The notes under the pieces are model-generated. The model searched no databases. It was not told where the DNA came from and was given only the letters and a program-made list of their open reading frames with translations. Position numbers and translations under genes: made by a program. Below are positions 1 to 13,683 of a stretch of 64,000 nt of DNA, in pieces; position 1 is the first letter of the stretch, and every line of letters begins with the position of its first letter. The stretch comes from Octopus vulgaris (lineage: Eukaryota), in the NCBI GenBank assembly GCA_951406725.2, contig OX597822.1, forward strand, positions 41,664,001 through 41,728,000. The letters run 5' to 3'.

Positions 1-101
1 TATAAATACATAGGTATACACCCAATAGTATGTTGGATATTTATTATCCCTTAGATGGTTGCGTAACCTCTAACTAATAGACATGTGTGTGTGTGTGTGT
101 G

Positions 102-393
102 AAGGTGCATAGCTTAGTGGTTAGGGCAATAAGCTAACAATCATAAGGTCATGAGTTCAATTCCCAGCAACTTTATTTCACGTTCCTCCAGTCCACTAAG
201 CTGGCAAAAATGAGTAGCACCTGTATTTCAAAAGGCCAGCCTTGTCACACTCTGTGTCACACTGAATCTCTCTGAGAACTATGTTAAGGGTTCACATGTC
301 TGTGGAGTGTTCAGCCACTTGCATGTTAATTTCATGAGGAAGCTGTTCCATTGATCATATCAACTGGAACCCTCATCGTCAAAACCGACAGAG
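102..393 (+). mobile_element. tRNA-derived SINE (family A)
   Basis: A-box-like TAGCTTAGTGG and B-box-like GAGTTCAATTC head; body AAAAGGCCAGCCTTGTCACA...ATCAACTGGAACC recurs at about 7690-7985. Confidence 0.7.
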
Positions 394-667
394 TGATCCT
401 AGAAGCTAGGATCACCAAGCATAGATTGGCATATTTCGGTCATATTATGCGGAGAAAATCCCAGAAGGACATCATGCTCAGAATGGTCAGTGGCAAGAGA
501 GGAAGAGGCCGACCAAGAACCCGCTGGCTTGACACCATCAAGAGTGATACCGGAATGGACATAGCCAATCTGAAAGAAGCGGCCCAGGATAGAACTGACT
601 GGAGGACACTGATCCAACGAGTAACCGAGAGTTGACTTCAGCTGAGTGGATAGATAGATAGATAGAT
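394..667 (+). mobile_element. RTE-clade LINE 3' fragment with (TAGA)n tail
   Basis: Translates as RLAYFGHIMRR...GKRGRGRPRTRWLDTIK...DRTDWR, a typical RTE ORF C-terminus, followed by a tandem-repeat tail. Confidence 0.85.
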
Positions 668-686
668 ATATATATATATGTATATA

Positions 687-897
687 TTCTTTTATTCTTT
701 TATTTGTTTCAGTCATTTGACTGTGGTCATGCTGGAACACCACCTTTAGTAGAGCAAATCGACCCCAGGACTTATTCTTTGTAAGCCTAGTACTTACTCT
801 ATCGGTCTCTTTTGCCGAACCGCTAAGTTATGGGGACATAAACACACCAGCATTGGTTGTCAAGCAATGTTGGGAGACAAACACAGACGCACAAACA
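687..897 (-). mobile_element. SINE family B, 3' part
   Basis: Reverse complement of the 3' half of full copies at 32140, 37060 and 53908. Confidence 0.85.
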
Positions 898-1826
898 TAT
901 ATATATATACAGCTTGCTGGCAACATCTCTGTACAAGACTTACATAACTTCTACAGGCCAATCATCAAAGCCGCCTCCCTCTCTTCTTCCTCATCATCAT
1001 GGTCATCATCATCACCAGCGTCGTCATCATCATCATCTTCATCATCTTCATTTAATGTTCACTTTTCCATACTTGCATGGGTTGGATGGAGTTTACTTGA
1101 GACAGATTTTCTACAGCTTTCTGTCACCAACCCTCCCCTGTTTCCACACAAGGTAATATTTCCTTTCATGGCCATAAATTTTCTCGCAGAAGATTGGAAA
1201 TGAATGACACAGTATGGTAGGGACACTCATTTACAAGTATCCTATGATGTCAAGCCAAGGAAACAACAAACACACTCACACACACATAACACCCAGAAGA
1301 ACTTCGCTTGACCTGGGAATAGAGTAAAACACATTTGCACATGGTGTCACACATGTGGAACCATGTGACTAAGAAGCAAACCTCTTACCACACAGCCAAA
1401 CCCATGCCTACATCTAGTTTTTAAAAGACCACCAAAATAAAGAGTATGACACCAGATCAAAAGCCTTCTACAGATCAACAGATGCTTGATAGAATGATTT
1501 ACTCTTAGCAAGGAATCTCTCTTACATACACTAGGAAGAAGGCATTGGTGGTACCACTTCACAGCAAGTACATTTTAGGTTTGTACCAGGAAGAGATATT
1601 GCCAGTACCCCTCTCCAAACACAGACCTGATCTGCATCTCATCTAAACTTTCTTTTTAGTTAATTGTGCCATAACTCTTTCATAACTTGATCTATCAATT
1701 TGATACTCCACTGTAGTTGACTCTTGACTCTCTCTCTCTAATCTACTTACTTTGCTCTTGTAGCAGTGAAATTATGATACTACTATGCTGGTCATTGAAC
1801 ATGACCCCCACCTTGAACTTGACTCA

Positions 1827-2690
1827 AGACATAAAAAGTATCCAATGTGGTGTGCAAGACAGATGACTGTGATGGTATGGTGATGTGCTGTGTATGGATG
1901 AGGAGACCTGTGTGAAGAAATGTCACTCCCTAATAGTGGAAGGAACCCATGGAAGAGAGAGGCCCAGGAAGACATGGGATGAGGTAGTGAAGCATGACCT
2001 TCGAATGTTGGGCCTCACAGAGGCAATAACGAAAGACCAAAACGTTTGGAGATATGCTGTGATAGAGAAGACCAGGCAAATAAAGTGAGATCACAGCCGT
2101 AGCCTACATCAGTGTCACATAACCAGCCCATTTAAAAAGTACCTTTGAATCATCGGGTGACATGCCGTGCTTGAGGAGACCTATTGAGTCAAGTAAAATC
2201 AAAATCAAAATTAAATCAAATCAAATCACAATCAAATGGAAATTATAGTTATGGCCCACACCAGTGCCGCCTGACTGGTTTCTGTGCTAGTGGCATGCAA
2301 TAAGCACCATTTATGCGTGGGTCATTGCCAGTGCCGCTTGACTGGCTCCTCATGCAGGTGGCACATAAAAAGCACCATCCGAATGTGGTCAAAGCCAGCC
2401 CCCCCCTGCCCCGACTGGCTCCTGTGCCAGTAGCACTTACAAAAAAAATTCTGAATGTGGCCGATGCCAGTGCTGCATGACTGGCTCCTGTGCCAGTGAC
2501 ATGTAAAAAGCATCCACTACACTCTTGGAGTGGTTGGCATTAGGAAAGGCATCCAGCAGCAGAAACGTTGCCAGATCAAACTAGAGCCTGGTGTGGCCTC
2601 CTGGCTTTCCAGTCCCCAGTCAAACATCCAACCCATGCCAGCATGGAAAACGGACGTTAAACGATGATGATGATGATGATGATGATGATG
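1827..2690 (+). mobile_element. RTE LINE 3' fragment (same family as 45831-47876) with modular 3' UTR and (GAT)n tail
   Basis: MDEETCVKKCHSLIVEGTHGRERPRKTWDEVVKHDLR matches the C-terminus of the 509-aa ORF; ends CGGACGTTAAACGATGATG. Confidence 0.9.
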
Positions 2691-3243
2691 ATATATATAT
2701 ATCAATGCATACATACATACATACACCACGAAGACAGACTGAATTACAAGTTGAACATTGAAGAGATTATTAATATATTAATATCTCTGAGGCTTCTTTC
2801 CTCATATCACATTACAATTTGTGTAATTAATGCAGTTCTCTTCAAAATTCTTGAAGGTTTGGAATATAGTTTTCCCCATCATGCGTTACCAACAGCATTT
2901 TCCCAAACTTTCGATATGAATATTATTCATTTCAGGTCAGATTTAAAGTGATATTTGAAGCTTAATCCCAGTTTGCTGTGTGTTATTAGAATACAGTTCT
3001 CAGGAATTTTTTTTTGAATTCTTTCATCTTCCATACAAGCCATATGGCCTACCGACCTCCTTCTGTTACCTGAGTTACAAGAGAGTTTCCATGTTCAAAA
3101 TATTCCTTTAGTAACTCCAAATCCACTGTTGTATGGGAAAAAGTGTAGCTCACCTACCCCGTGGGTACTTGCTTAACACTGATCTCATCCAGATGGATTA
3201 TATTCATGAGACCCCAACAGGCCTAGCATCTGGCCAGAACAAC

Positions 3244-3670
3244 ATCATCATCATCATCATCATCATCGTTTAACGTCCTTTTCCATGCTGGCATGGGTTG
3301 AATGGTTTGACTGGGGACTGGCAAGCAAGGAGGCTGCACCAGGCTCCAGTCTGATCTGGCAATGTTTCTACAGCTGGATGCCCTTCCTAATGCCAACCAC
3401 TCAAAGAGTGTACTGGGTGTAGCCAGTCAGGCAGCACTGGCATTGGCCACGTTCAGATGGTGCCTTTTACAGGCTACCAGCATAGGAGCCAGCTGGGGCA
3501 GGGAGTCTGGAATCAACCACATTCGGATGGTGCTTTTTACATGCCACAGGCACGGTGAGCCAGTCAGGGGGCACTGGAAATGACCCACGCGTGAATGGTG
3601 CTTATTGCGTGTCACCAGCACAAGAGCCAGTCAGGTGGTACTGGCATCAGCCACAACTACAATTTCCATT
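3244..3670 (-). mobile_element. RTE 3' UTR/tail fragment
   Basis: (CAT)n-CGTTTAACGTCC...GGATGCCCTTCCTAATGCCAACCAC is the reverse complement of the RTE 3' end. Confidence 0.85.
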
Positions 3671-3989
3671 TTTAATTGTGGAGTTCACACAGCAAACATG
3701 TCTGTTTGAAGAGATAGCTAAAGGGAAAGGAGACCCCACACTGGTTGTCCTTCCACTTACATAATGTCACTAACCCCTAGCCACTCACGTAATGTTACTA
3801 AAACTATACTTCCGGCAAGGTCCCCCCCCACCACCTACAACCACAATACTACTTGTATGGTCTCTTCAAGATAAATATCTTTGTCAAAGACACTTTGCTG
3901 AAAAAGCTCCAACTAACAAGTTTTCAAATGTCCATGTGTCACAGCTAGTATAACAAAGATAAAAATACATAGTCTGAAAATAGATCTTT

Positions 3990-4450
3990 TAGTGACGTTT
4001 TTTTTTAAATTTTAGCCCAAAGATTTTATTTTCAAGCAATATCCGTGATTTTTAATTCTGCTTGCAATTTCAAGATGTTCATCTCTATTCAGGTAGGCTG
4101 CCAAGATATTTGATAGAAGGTATGTTTTTTTTTCAAAGTTATACCTTTATGCTGTTATTTTAGGAATACACGAGGCTTTCCAAGGCAGACTGATAAAGAA
4201 CAATAATTTTATCAAGATTTATTGTGAGGCGTAACATGTTACATACCAACGAAATATTATCCATTGGAGTTTGAAGAACATTTTCATTGTGTGTGGTGAT
4301 ATCACAATCATCAACATATAAGATATCTCTTATCAGAGATACAAATGTATGTGATTTAGGATTAAGCCATTTGAGAATGACGTACTTAGTATTTAGTGGT
4401 TCAGTAATAGAGATAAATACTCTGTAGGGATTTTCTGATCTGTGCAAAAC
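3990..4450 (-). pseudogene. Old RTE-clade reverse transcriptase remnant
   Basis: IRDILYVDDC...LQTPMDNISLVCNMLRLTINLDK and a downstream KYLGS resemble RTE RT core motifs; disrupted. Confidence 0.7.
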
Positions 4451-4959
4451 TGAATATAAAAAAAAATGGCTGAAACAAGCTGTTTATTTTTGTACATCAT
4501 ATGACTAGTTTTAACCAATGAAAATGGACTAGCATTTTCTGTCAAATTCACTTTCAAAGCTGGTTCCAGAACTGTTTTTTTTCATTGCATGTTACATAAC
4601 ACTATTTTAATTCCATTTCAACCAATCATGGTTGACAACTATGCCATGTTCTTAATTATTTTTAATTTTGGAGTGATTATCTTTTGTAACTATATTTGAA
4701 CAACCTGTTTTGTATAAGAGCTAACAGGTTCAATATTTTATCAGCGATTGTTGCAATATTGACCAATGACACTATAAAGCCATTTTCTCACACACTCTCA
4801 TCATTCATATTTATCACATATTCCAGTTCTTAAATGTTTTATGTCCATTGATGTCATGGTTTTATTCACACCGTCTGATTTTGTTCAAATTTTCTACACT
4901 AATGTAGGTTAATAACATTTTTCTCAGAAATTAACAATGATAAAGTTATAAACCTTTAA

Positions 4960-5472
4960 CTCTTTAACATTCATATTTATCTGTCACATTTCTGGCACAT
5001 AAAAAGCACCATCCGTACGTGGTCGATGCCAGTGCCACCTTGACTGGCTTCCATGCCGGTGGCACGTAAAAAGCACCAACCGATTGTGGCCATTGCCAGC
5101 CTCCCCTGGTACCTGTGACGGTGGCACATAAAAAGCTCCCACTACACTCATGGAGTGGTTGGCGTTAGGAAGGGCATCCAGCTGTAGAAACACTGCAAGA
5201 TCAGACTGGAGCCTGGTACAGCCTCCTGGTTCCCAGACTCCGGTCAAACTGTCCAACCCATGCTAACATGGAAAACGGACGTTAAACGATGATGATGATG
5301 ATTTTAAAAAAATTAATTATGCATTATCTCCTAGCTTTAAGACTTTGATGATGTGATTGTATAGTTTTAGACTAGCAAAGTATGGTAAGTATGAAAGGCC
5401 AGATTTTGACAGTGTGAACATAAAACATGTAGAATATTTGTGTTGGCTATGGCTGGCTTAACTGCAAAAGGG
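4960..5472. mobile_element. piggyBac-type MITE with nested RTE 3' tail (about 4992-5301)
   Basis: TTAA flanks, CTCTTTAACATT...AAAAGGG ends; same family as 6920, 18211 and 30634. Confidence 0.6.
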
Positions 5473-6579
5473 TTAAAGTTTGAAATTTTAGCTAATCATA
5501 AGCTGCTATAATAGACATACAGGAAGTTCTAATTTCCATGTTTTGAAGATACGAAAATTAAAATATTACGTTTTGAAAGATGTTTTCTTTTATATGAATA
5601 TAAAAAAATTAGTGACAGAAAATCTAAATTATTATGAAATCCTTTTAAAAATGAGAAAAATTAATGAAATAATATGACAATGTTATATAACCTTCTAATA
5701 TAAAATGGAAAAAGTGTAAAGAAAAGTTCTGAAATAAAGACAATAAGTCACTGACAATATGCTACACACTCAGTTTTTTCAAGAGATCACAAATTTTGTA
5801 CCTATCCCTAACCCTAAACCATAATTGTAAACCTCCCTAAATGCTAGTCTTAGCCCGAGGTCCTAAACCTATCCGTCTTACAGTAACACTAAACTTTAAC
5901 ACTAACCCTAAACCCTAAATTATAATACTACAGCTTGCACTGGTTCAAACACCAAGCTATGGAATCAAGCAACAAGTGCAACTTCCAACATGTTGATAAT
6001 GGAGGCTTTAGATTGGTCAAAATTACATACTTCAAATATTTGTAAGTTTTTATTATTAATTTCTGTAAAAAAAAAAAGAGATAACAATGTGATTTTCATC
6101 ATTAACATGCAAACTACACCAGTGTAGAAAATACACCACTTAGCAAAAGGAGACAATAGCATATGTACTGAGAGTTGAGCTGTTCAAGGTGGTGGTGCTC
6201 CAGCATGGCCACAGTCCAAACACTAAAAGAAGTCAAAGATAAAAGATAAAATCAGACGGTGTGAATGACTCTTGAAAATTCTTCTGTGTATTTTAAGTAA
6301 TGTATTTTTCTCTTGCATTTTTCTTAGTAATGAATCACTATTTTATTCAGGCTTAATACACAGAATTACTGTATGCGAACTTTTCTTCATTCAAGCATGT
6401 TACATTTTCTTCTTAACACATCATCAACATCATCATCATTATCATCATCATCATCATCATTGTTATCATCATCATCATCATCCTATTATTTTCGTATTGA
6501 CTTAATTTCTTTGTTCAACAGTGCACACACTTTTAGTTCAGTATGGTCTACTTTAAATCACACACAGACTTTGCCTGAC

Positions 6580-7690
6580 TAATTTAATTGCTCAGCGGAA
6601 ATCTGATATTATCAATAACTTACTACCTGATAACAGTGTAGGAGTGGGGTACTAATTCATGTGAAATATCTAAATACCAAGAATAGAACACAATCCGTAG
6701 AACAGTCTTGATTGCAAAATCTATTGTGGAGTATTGGACAAATAAAGAAGGAGTGATCATATCACCCTGTTTTACGCCACCACTGATTAAGTCATTCTCC
6801 ACCAATTACAACATATGATCTCCTGTCACCAAGATAGGATCTGATCATATTCACAAATTTATCAGAATAACTAACTTTTCTCAGAATTGTTTGTGATGTA
6901 CCATGGTTCACTGGATTAACCCTTTAGCATTCAGATTATTCTGTCAAATATAATATTTTTTCATCCATATTGTTTTAAGCTAATCATGCATTATTTCGTA
7001 GCTTTAAGATTTCGATGATGTTATCACCTGTTTTTAGATTGACATTATAGGTTGGTGTGAGATACCAAATCAGAGCAGTTTAAACAGAAAACAGATAGAT
7101 TATTTGGGCCGGATATGGCTGGTTTAAACACTAAAGACCTTAGTGAAATCAATGAAGCAGTGATAGATGTCAAGTCTCTGTTCGTATTATTAGTTCCTTG
7201 TTAACAAGCTGAAAATATTGTCGTTAGATCCTTGTCCAGTGCAAAAACCTGACTCATATTCAGCTTGGGCTGTTGTATATGTACTTGGGTGTTTGGAGGA
7301 GTTTTTTCTCCCAGCTTGTAATGGCAGGGATTGTTAGTGTCAAAGGTCACTGCAACAAACTGTGCTTCTTACATGCTCAGATAGTCTTTCATATTTCGTA
7401 TTTTGGTTTCATTGTGTTGTGGGGTCAGTGGACACATATGATGTACAACCTATGTTGTGTTCTTTATAGTCTATTGTGCTTTCTTGTGGAGAGATCAAGA
7501 GGGCCAAGTAAGCCAGTCAAAGTCCATGAAGAACTTAATATATTGTTTATACACATCATTGTTCCTGTTCAACAAATGTTATACCTGTGATTGCTTTAAG
7601 TCTATCTGTGCATCATTTTGTTATATTTATATTGTCCATGTGTGTTGTGAATGTTAGAGTCATAATATGTAACTTGTTCAGGTATATTGT
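6580..7690 (-). pseudogene. Old RTE RT remnant interrupted by a MITE
   Basis: GGVKQGDMITPSLF and FIDFTKVF-like motifs on the minus strand; many disruptions. Confidence 0.55.
6920..7136. mobile_element. piggyBac-type MITE (about 220 bp)
   Basis: TTAA-CCCTTTAGCATT start; internal match to 18211-18430. Confidence 0.7.
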
Positions 7691-8008
7691 TTAGAGGTTA
7701 GGGGTATTAAACTCACAATTGTAAGGTCAGGAGTTCAATACCCAGTGGTGTGTTATGACCTTGAGCAAGACCCTTTATTTTTCTTTGGTTCAGTCCACCC
7801 CACTCGGCTAGCAAAAATAGGTTGTACCTGTATTTCAAAAGGCCAGCCTTGTCACATTCTGTCATGCTGAGAACTATAATATGGGTTTGCATGACTGTGG
7901 AGTACTCAGCCATTTGCAGGTTAACTTTACTAGCAGGTTGTTCCATTGATTGGATCAACTGGAACCTTTGTTGTCATAACCGCTGAATTACCAGCAAGTA
8001 ACTTTAAA

Positions 8009-8047
<39 letters not shown>

Positions 8048-8048
<1 letters not shown>

Positions 8049-8478
8049 AGGACCAGATCAAGACCCATCAAGGCCATAAGCACTTAAAAGATTTTGGTGC
8101 CCCCATAAAAAATTATGTAATTCAAAATATAAATGATAACAAACCATAAAATGAATTTTCATTTTTCAAAACAAAGCAAAACAGTAAGAGGGAAAATAAT
8201 GTTTATTTGTGTATACTTCCATTTTATTTATATTTGAAAAGTTTCCTCCTACCTTTTTTTAACTGCAGAGTCTTTGATCAGATCCTCAAAATTAATCTTA
8301 GGTAACACATCTGCATCTATACTTAGTAGAGATAAAGACATCCTGAATATTATTTTAGCAAGTTTAAAATGATTTCTTTTGTGCCGTAAACCATTTACCA
8401 TTTCTGTGGTGCCTCTTCCTTCCCTCAATGTTCTAAGCATGTGCTTACTTTGCTTAATGGTTAGTTAACCCAGCACTG
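8048..8478 (-). mobile_element. hAT-type deleted DNA transposon
   Basis: CAGGACCAGAT / CAGCACTG termini; minus-strand SLLSIDADVLPKINFEDLIKD resembles the end of the hAT dimerisation domain; inserted in (TG)n. Confidence 0.55.
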
Positions 8479-8659
8479 TGTGTGTGTTTGTATGTGTGCG
8501 CGAGCGTGCATGTGTGTGTGTGTGCTTGCATGTGCATGTGAATGTTTATGTCGTTGAGTGTAAGGGTTGTCTAAATGTTTATGTTCTTTGGTAATATTGG
8601 TAAGAAAGGAAACTGGATTACTTGGTAAGTATATTTTAAAGAATGCTGTTATGGAACCA

Positions 8660-9089
8660 TATTCTTTTCTACTCTAGGCACAAGGCCGAAAATTTGGGGG
8701 AGAGGGCCAGTCGATTAGATCGACTTCAGTATGCAACTGTTACTTAATTTATCGACCCTGAAAGGATGAAAGGCAAAATCGACCTCAGTAGAATTTGAAC
8801 TCAGGACATAAAGACAGACAAAATACTGCTAAGCATTTTGCCCAGCGTGCTAACGTTTTTTATTTCTTTATTGTCCACAAGGGACTAAACATAGAGGGGA
8901 CAAACAAGGACAGACAAAAGGATTAAGTCGATTACATCGACTCCAGTGCACAACTGGTACTTAATTTATTAACCCCGAAGGGATGAAAGGCAAAGTTGAC
9001 CTCGGCAGAATTTGAACTCTGAACATAAAGACACAAAATACTGCTAAGCATTTCGCCCGGTGTGCTAACGTTTCTGCCAGCTCGCTGCC
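8660..9089 (-). mobile_element. Tandem Meta/MESC-core-like SINEs (family C)
   Basis: Reverse complement of core GACTTTGCCTTTCATCCTTTCGGGGTCGATAAATTAAGTACC with tRNA-like head. Confidence 0.8.
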
Positions 9090-9569
9090 TTGGAACCAGA
9101 TTTCCAAGTGATTTATATAAGGTTAAAGAAGTCATGTGGCAGTGTCTAGAGAATGGTGAGAATTTGTGAGTGTAATGTCGTCTATGTATGATTGTGTGTA
9201 TGTGTGGGTATGTGTATGTGCGTACGCATGTGCCTGAGTGTGTGTGTGTGTGTGTGTTCATGTCTGTGTATGTATTTGTGTGTATATGTGTGTATATACT
9301 CTCTTTTACTCTCTTTTACCTGTTTCAGTCATTTGACTGCGGCCATGCTGGGGCACCACCTTTAGTGGAGCAACTCGACCCCGGGACTTATTCTTTGTAA
9401 GCCCAGTACTTATTCCATCAGTCTCTTTTTGCCGAACCGCTAAGTGTGTGTGTACATATGTGTGTGTATTTGGTTGAAGTGTGGAAAGTTGTGTAGATAT
9501 ATGTTAAAAAGAGTGGGAGAGTGGACAGATCTCCCATGGAACTCCATTCAGTAAATTGCAGGTGTATAA

Positions 9570-10500
9570 CGATGGTAGTGGTGATGGTGGTGGTGATTGT
9601 GGCGGTGGTAGTAGTGATAGTAGTAGTAGTAGTGGTTATAGTGGTAATGGTAGGGGTGGTGGCAGTGATGGTAGTAGTGGTGGCAGCAGTGGTGGTGGTG
9701 GTGGTGGTGGTGGTGGTGGTGGTAATAGTTTCTGCTGGGTGTAGTTGGTGATGTTTAACCCCAGTTCAACACTAACTGAATGGCACAAGGATGAAACATT
9801 TCAACCATGACCATCCCATGTGTGGGGAACCCCAACACAACATTGTCCTCAGTGTTCATTCTTCAGACACTCATGTACAATATGAGGGCGATTTGGCTGT
9901 TATTTTTCTCAAGACAAGGGACATGTAGAGGTTTCTTTGCAGCAACAAGCAGAGGAGGTGTGGGGAGGGGGGGCGATGGTAGAAGTGGTGCTGTGAGTTA
10001 GTTGTAGTGAAGATGAGTGTACTGATAGTGGTGTATGCAATGGTAGCAGTGATGCTGCTGCGAAAAGACAGTGGTGTTGGGGTGGGCGTAGTGGCGGTGA
10101 TGGTAGTGGTAGTGGTGGTGGTGGTGGTGATGGGGTAGTTGTAGTGAGGGCGGTGGTGGTGGTAATGGAAACGTGTGAAATGTTGTTGTTGTTGTTGTAG
10201 TAGTAGTAGTAGTAGTGGTGGTGGTGGTGGTGGTGGTGGTGGTGGTGGTGGTGGTAGTGGCAATTCCTGTGAAATGTTATAGTAATAGTAGTGATGGTGG
10301 TGGTGGTGGTGGTGGTGGTGGTGGTGGTGGCGGCGGCGGCGGTGGTAATTTCTGTGAAATGTTATTGTAGTAGTAGTAGTAGTAGTGGTGGTGGTGGTAA
10401 TGTGCGAAGTGATAATGGTGGTGGTGGTGGTGGTGGTGGTGAAGGTTGGTGGTGCAGCTATCAACGACAGTGTCGGCGACAGCAGCAGCGATAGTGGTGA
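9570..10500. repeat. (GGT)n/(AGT)n triplet low-complexity tract
   Basis: Direct reading; explains the poly-V/G/H/P/T ORFs. Confidence 0.95.
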
Positions 10501-11078
10501 CGGAGATATTGCTTACACACACACACACGCGCGCGCATATCCACAGCAGCAGCAGCAACAACAACAGCAGCAGTTGTTACAGTAGCAGCGGTGTTGGTGA
10601 CGGACTTCTCCTCCTCCGCCTCCTCTCTCTCTCTCTCTCTCTGTATACACAACTCAGTTGTATTACCTCTGTTGCTAAACACCATACACCACAGTTGCTG
10701 CCTCTTTTAACTACAACATCTGTCCTACTAGCTTCACATTTCCGGCATCTCATATACCCCGGTCAACATTAACACCTTTATATATATATATACATACATA
10801 CATATATATATTTATAACGTGGTTATATACATCACCCAAGTATGCACTCTTATATATAATTCTATAATATATATACATCTGTGTTTATATACACGTTGTT
10901 TGCCATGGGATATTTCAATTGAGAATGTATACAAATGTGAGTATAATGATAATTCATATTTTCCTATTTAATATATATATATATATACACACACACATAT
11001 AGAGATCTATCTATCTATCTATCTATCTTGTATGTATCTATTTCTTTCTCTTCACACATTACACACACTCACACATAC

Positions 11079-11128
<50 letters not shown>

Positions 11129-11169
11129 CACACACACACATATATATATTATACACGCGCACTCACACA

Positions 11170-11580
11170 TAAATCGCACTTGCTACCATAAAGTAGATAT
11201 TTAATTCTGTTTTTAATTAAGCTTGCTGCGATTTAACTTTTAAATTTCAGCATTTATTTTACAATATTTACAAGAATGGAAATTGGACGATTTTGTTTTC
11301 CCTGTTTTTTTGCCCCCAATTATTCCTCAATTTTACCATATTTTGATGTAATTTTTAATTTCATAATCATTCAATCATTTGAGTGTTTTAGGACATTTCC
11401 TTTCGCTAAATATCATTGCTTCTATAATCAATTATCTTTGTTTTGTATTAGTGTTGCGGAAAAAAACCCACCAGAATATTGTGAAGTCAACCCAATTCTT
11501 TCCATTCTTATTAATTGTAATTAAAAAAATATACCGTTTTATGTGGGCACACGTCAGCTTACAGTGAGCGGACGGTAAGT
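11170..11580 (+). promoter_or_regulatory. Candidate non-coding first exon ending at a canonical donor (ACG|GTAAGT, intron from 11575), at the edge of a CpG-retaining zone
   Basis: Consensus donor; CpG visibly denser in 11520-11900 than in flanks; no TE recognised; exon start is a guess. Confidence 0.3.
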
Positions 11581-13296
11581 CGGGGTTTATTTCATAATGT
11601 GGCACACTCGTCAAAATAATCCCCGACTTTTGGCCACCTATTACATGTTTTTGGCATTCGAACGGGAAGAAATGACAAGAAATAAAAAAAAAATGCCGAA
11701 TCCAAAGTATCTGATTGACTGCCGCTCCTCTCATGTGTGTAAGTCCCTCGTTAATTGGAAGGTTGCGGGGCTCTACCATAAACCCTCAGAAATAGTCATA
11801 TATATATCCTATCCTCAAACCTTGTTTTGTCCACGCCAAACGGCTACAATCTTCTCCTGTTTGGGCGGAATTCTTGCCTCATTTATTGCCAAACCGTTGT
11901 ATGATATGTGTGTGTGTGTGTGTGTGTTATACATTCATGATTGGGCTTATGTGTATACGATCTGTTACATTCGTGTATAGTAATTATGGATAAGTGTTGT
12001 GTTGTGAGATTCATGCGTTGTTGTTGTCGTTATTATTATCATTATTCATAATGTTCATATACATACAGCAAGAACACAAGCCGGTTATATCTATCTATGT
12101 GTATGTGTGTACGATATGTACGTTTCCATTATGTATGTAGGTATGTACATCTATAAATACGTGTGTCCCGTATACATTTGGGGAAGTGCCTGCTACTGTA
12201 GAGTTTGGCTGACCACTACATTGAGAACAGAATTCGGAGGACGAAAACTGCTCTGTAGCCCGTTATATATATATATATATATATATATACATACACACAC
12301 ACCAATGTTGTATGCAGGCGAAATTATAAACATTGAGAAAGCTTAAAAACTGGTTCTTATCGCATGAAGTCCCTCACAATGTTTGTTTGGCATCGAGTTG
12401 CAGGTACACCCTTGTTACTTTCTCCATCCCGAATCTTGTAAAATAGTGACTGACCCGTTTGAAACTTGTAACTACTGACACCATTGTGATATAATGTGTG
12501 TGTGTGTAGAATGCCTTTATATGTGTGTATGTGTATATACACATACATATGTACATTACACACACACCTAGCTAAAAATTTAGCATTTTTATATATGTAA
12601 CAATTGTTAACATTAGGTGAATAAAGGCTTTTCCAGGTGTAGAGCATGATGCTTATAATTTTGATTAATTATTTAATTAATTTTAATCACAGTACTTCAC
12701 AGCTACAACACTCATCAACTTTGATGAAGCCAACGAGTGGTGAATCTTCGAAGTCACTATCAATAAAATTATCAAATACACGCGCACACACACATACTAA
12801 ACTGCATAAATTCTTGATTTATTACATTTCTGCCTCTAGAGGATATATCATAATTACCAAATAGCAATTAAAACCAGCTGTGTGTGTGACGGGGAGATGA
12901 TCTCACTCAAGAAGTCTCCAAATCTGAGATACCATTAAAAAAGGACATAATTATTGTCTAAAGATAAGAGGACAGTCATAGAGACATGTTTCTGCCTTGA
13001 TAGATGTCATCAGCATACCGATTGTCCAACCTTATGTCCAGTGACTAAAGCACATAGGCATATACAAAAAAGAGTGGAACACATTTATGGCTTAGGTAAC
13101 TTGCATAAAGTAAATGAAAATGAGCTAAGAGAAGTAACTACGAATGGCCAGCAGCATGTATTTCAACATAGACAAATACAGATATACCAAATACTATTCA
13201 ACATAAATTTTTTATTTATGTTGTATAGTATTTAATATACCTCCACCTCATGCACACGTATGTACTTCACCCAGGGCACAGAGATTTTACAAATAT

Positions 13297-13683
13297 AGGC
13301 ATGGCTGCATGCTTGAGAAGTTCACTTCACAACCACATGGTTTCAGGTTCAGTCCTTGGGTAGATGTCTTCTGTTACAGCTCCAGTCTAAAAACAATGCC
13401 TTGTGAGTGATTTTGGTAAATGGAAATTGTGTAGAAGCCCATTGTGTGTATGTGTGTGTGTGTCTGTATGTGCATGCATGTGTTGCATTTGTGCCCCCAC
13501 TGCTTGACAGCCAGTGTTTGTTGGTTTATATCCACTTATTTAGCAGTATGGCGAAAGAGACTAATAGAATAAGTACCAAACTTAAAAATCAAATTCTGGG
13601 GTCGATTTTTTGACTAAATCCTTCAAGGCTATGCCCAAGTGTGGACGTAGTCCAATGACTGAAACAAGCAAAAGAGTAAAAGA
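13297..13683 (+). mobile_element. SINE family B, diverged full-length copy
   Basis: tRNA-like head, CCTTGGG core, internal (TG)n, tail ATGACTGAAACAAGCAAAAGAGTAAAAG. Confidence 0.8.

Noticed and set aside
2230-2520. CRISPR-like repeat-spacer pattern
   Set aside because: Modules are degenerate with related spacers and belong to the RTE 3' UTR in a eukaryotic context
5800-5920. Interstitial telomere
   Set aside because: Only scattered degenerate CCCTAA-like units
9521-10772. Poly-V/G/P/H/Q ORFs
   Set aside because: Triplet-repeat artefacts open in several frames with no domain
13003-13020. RYADDI as an RT motif on the minus strand
   Set aside because: No flanking RT motifs, and there is an in-frame stop shortly upstream
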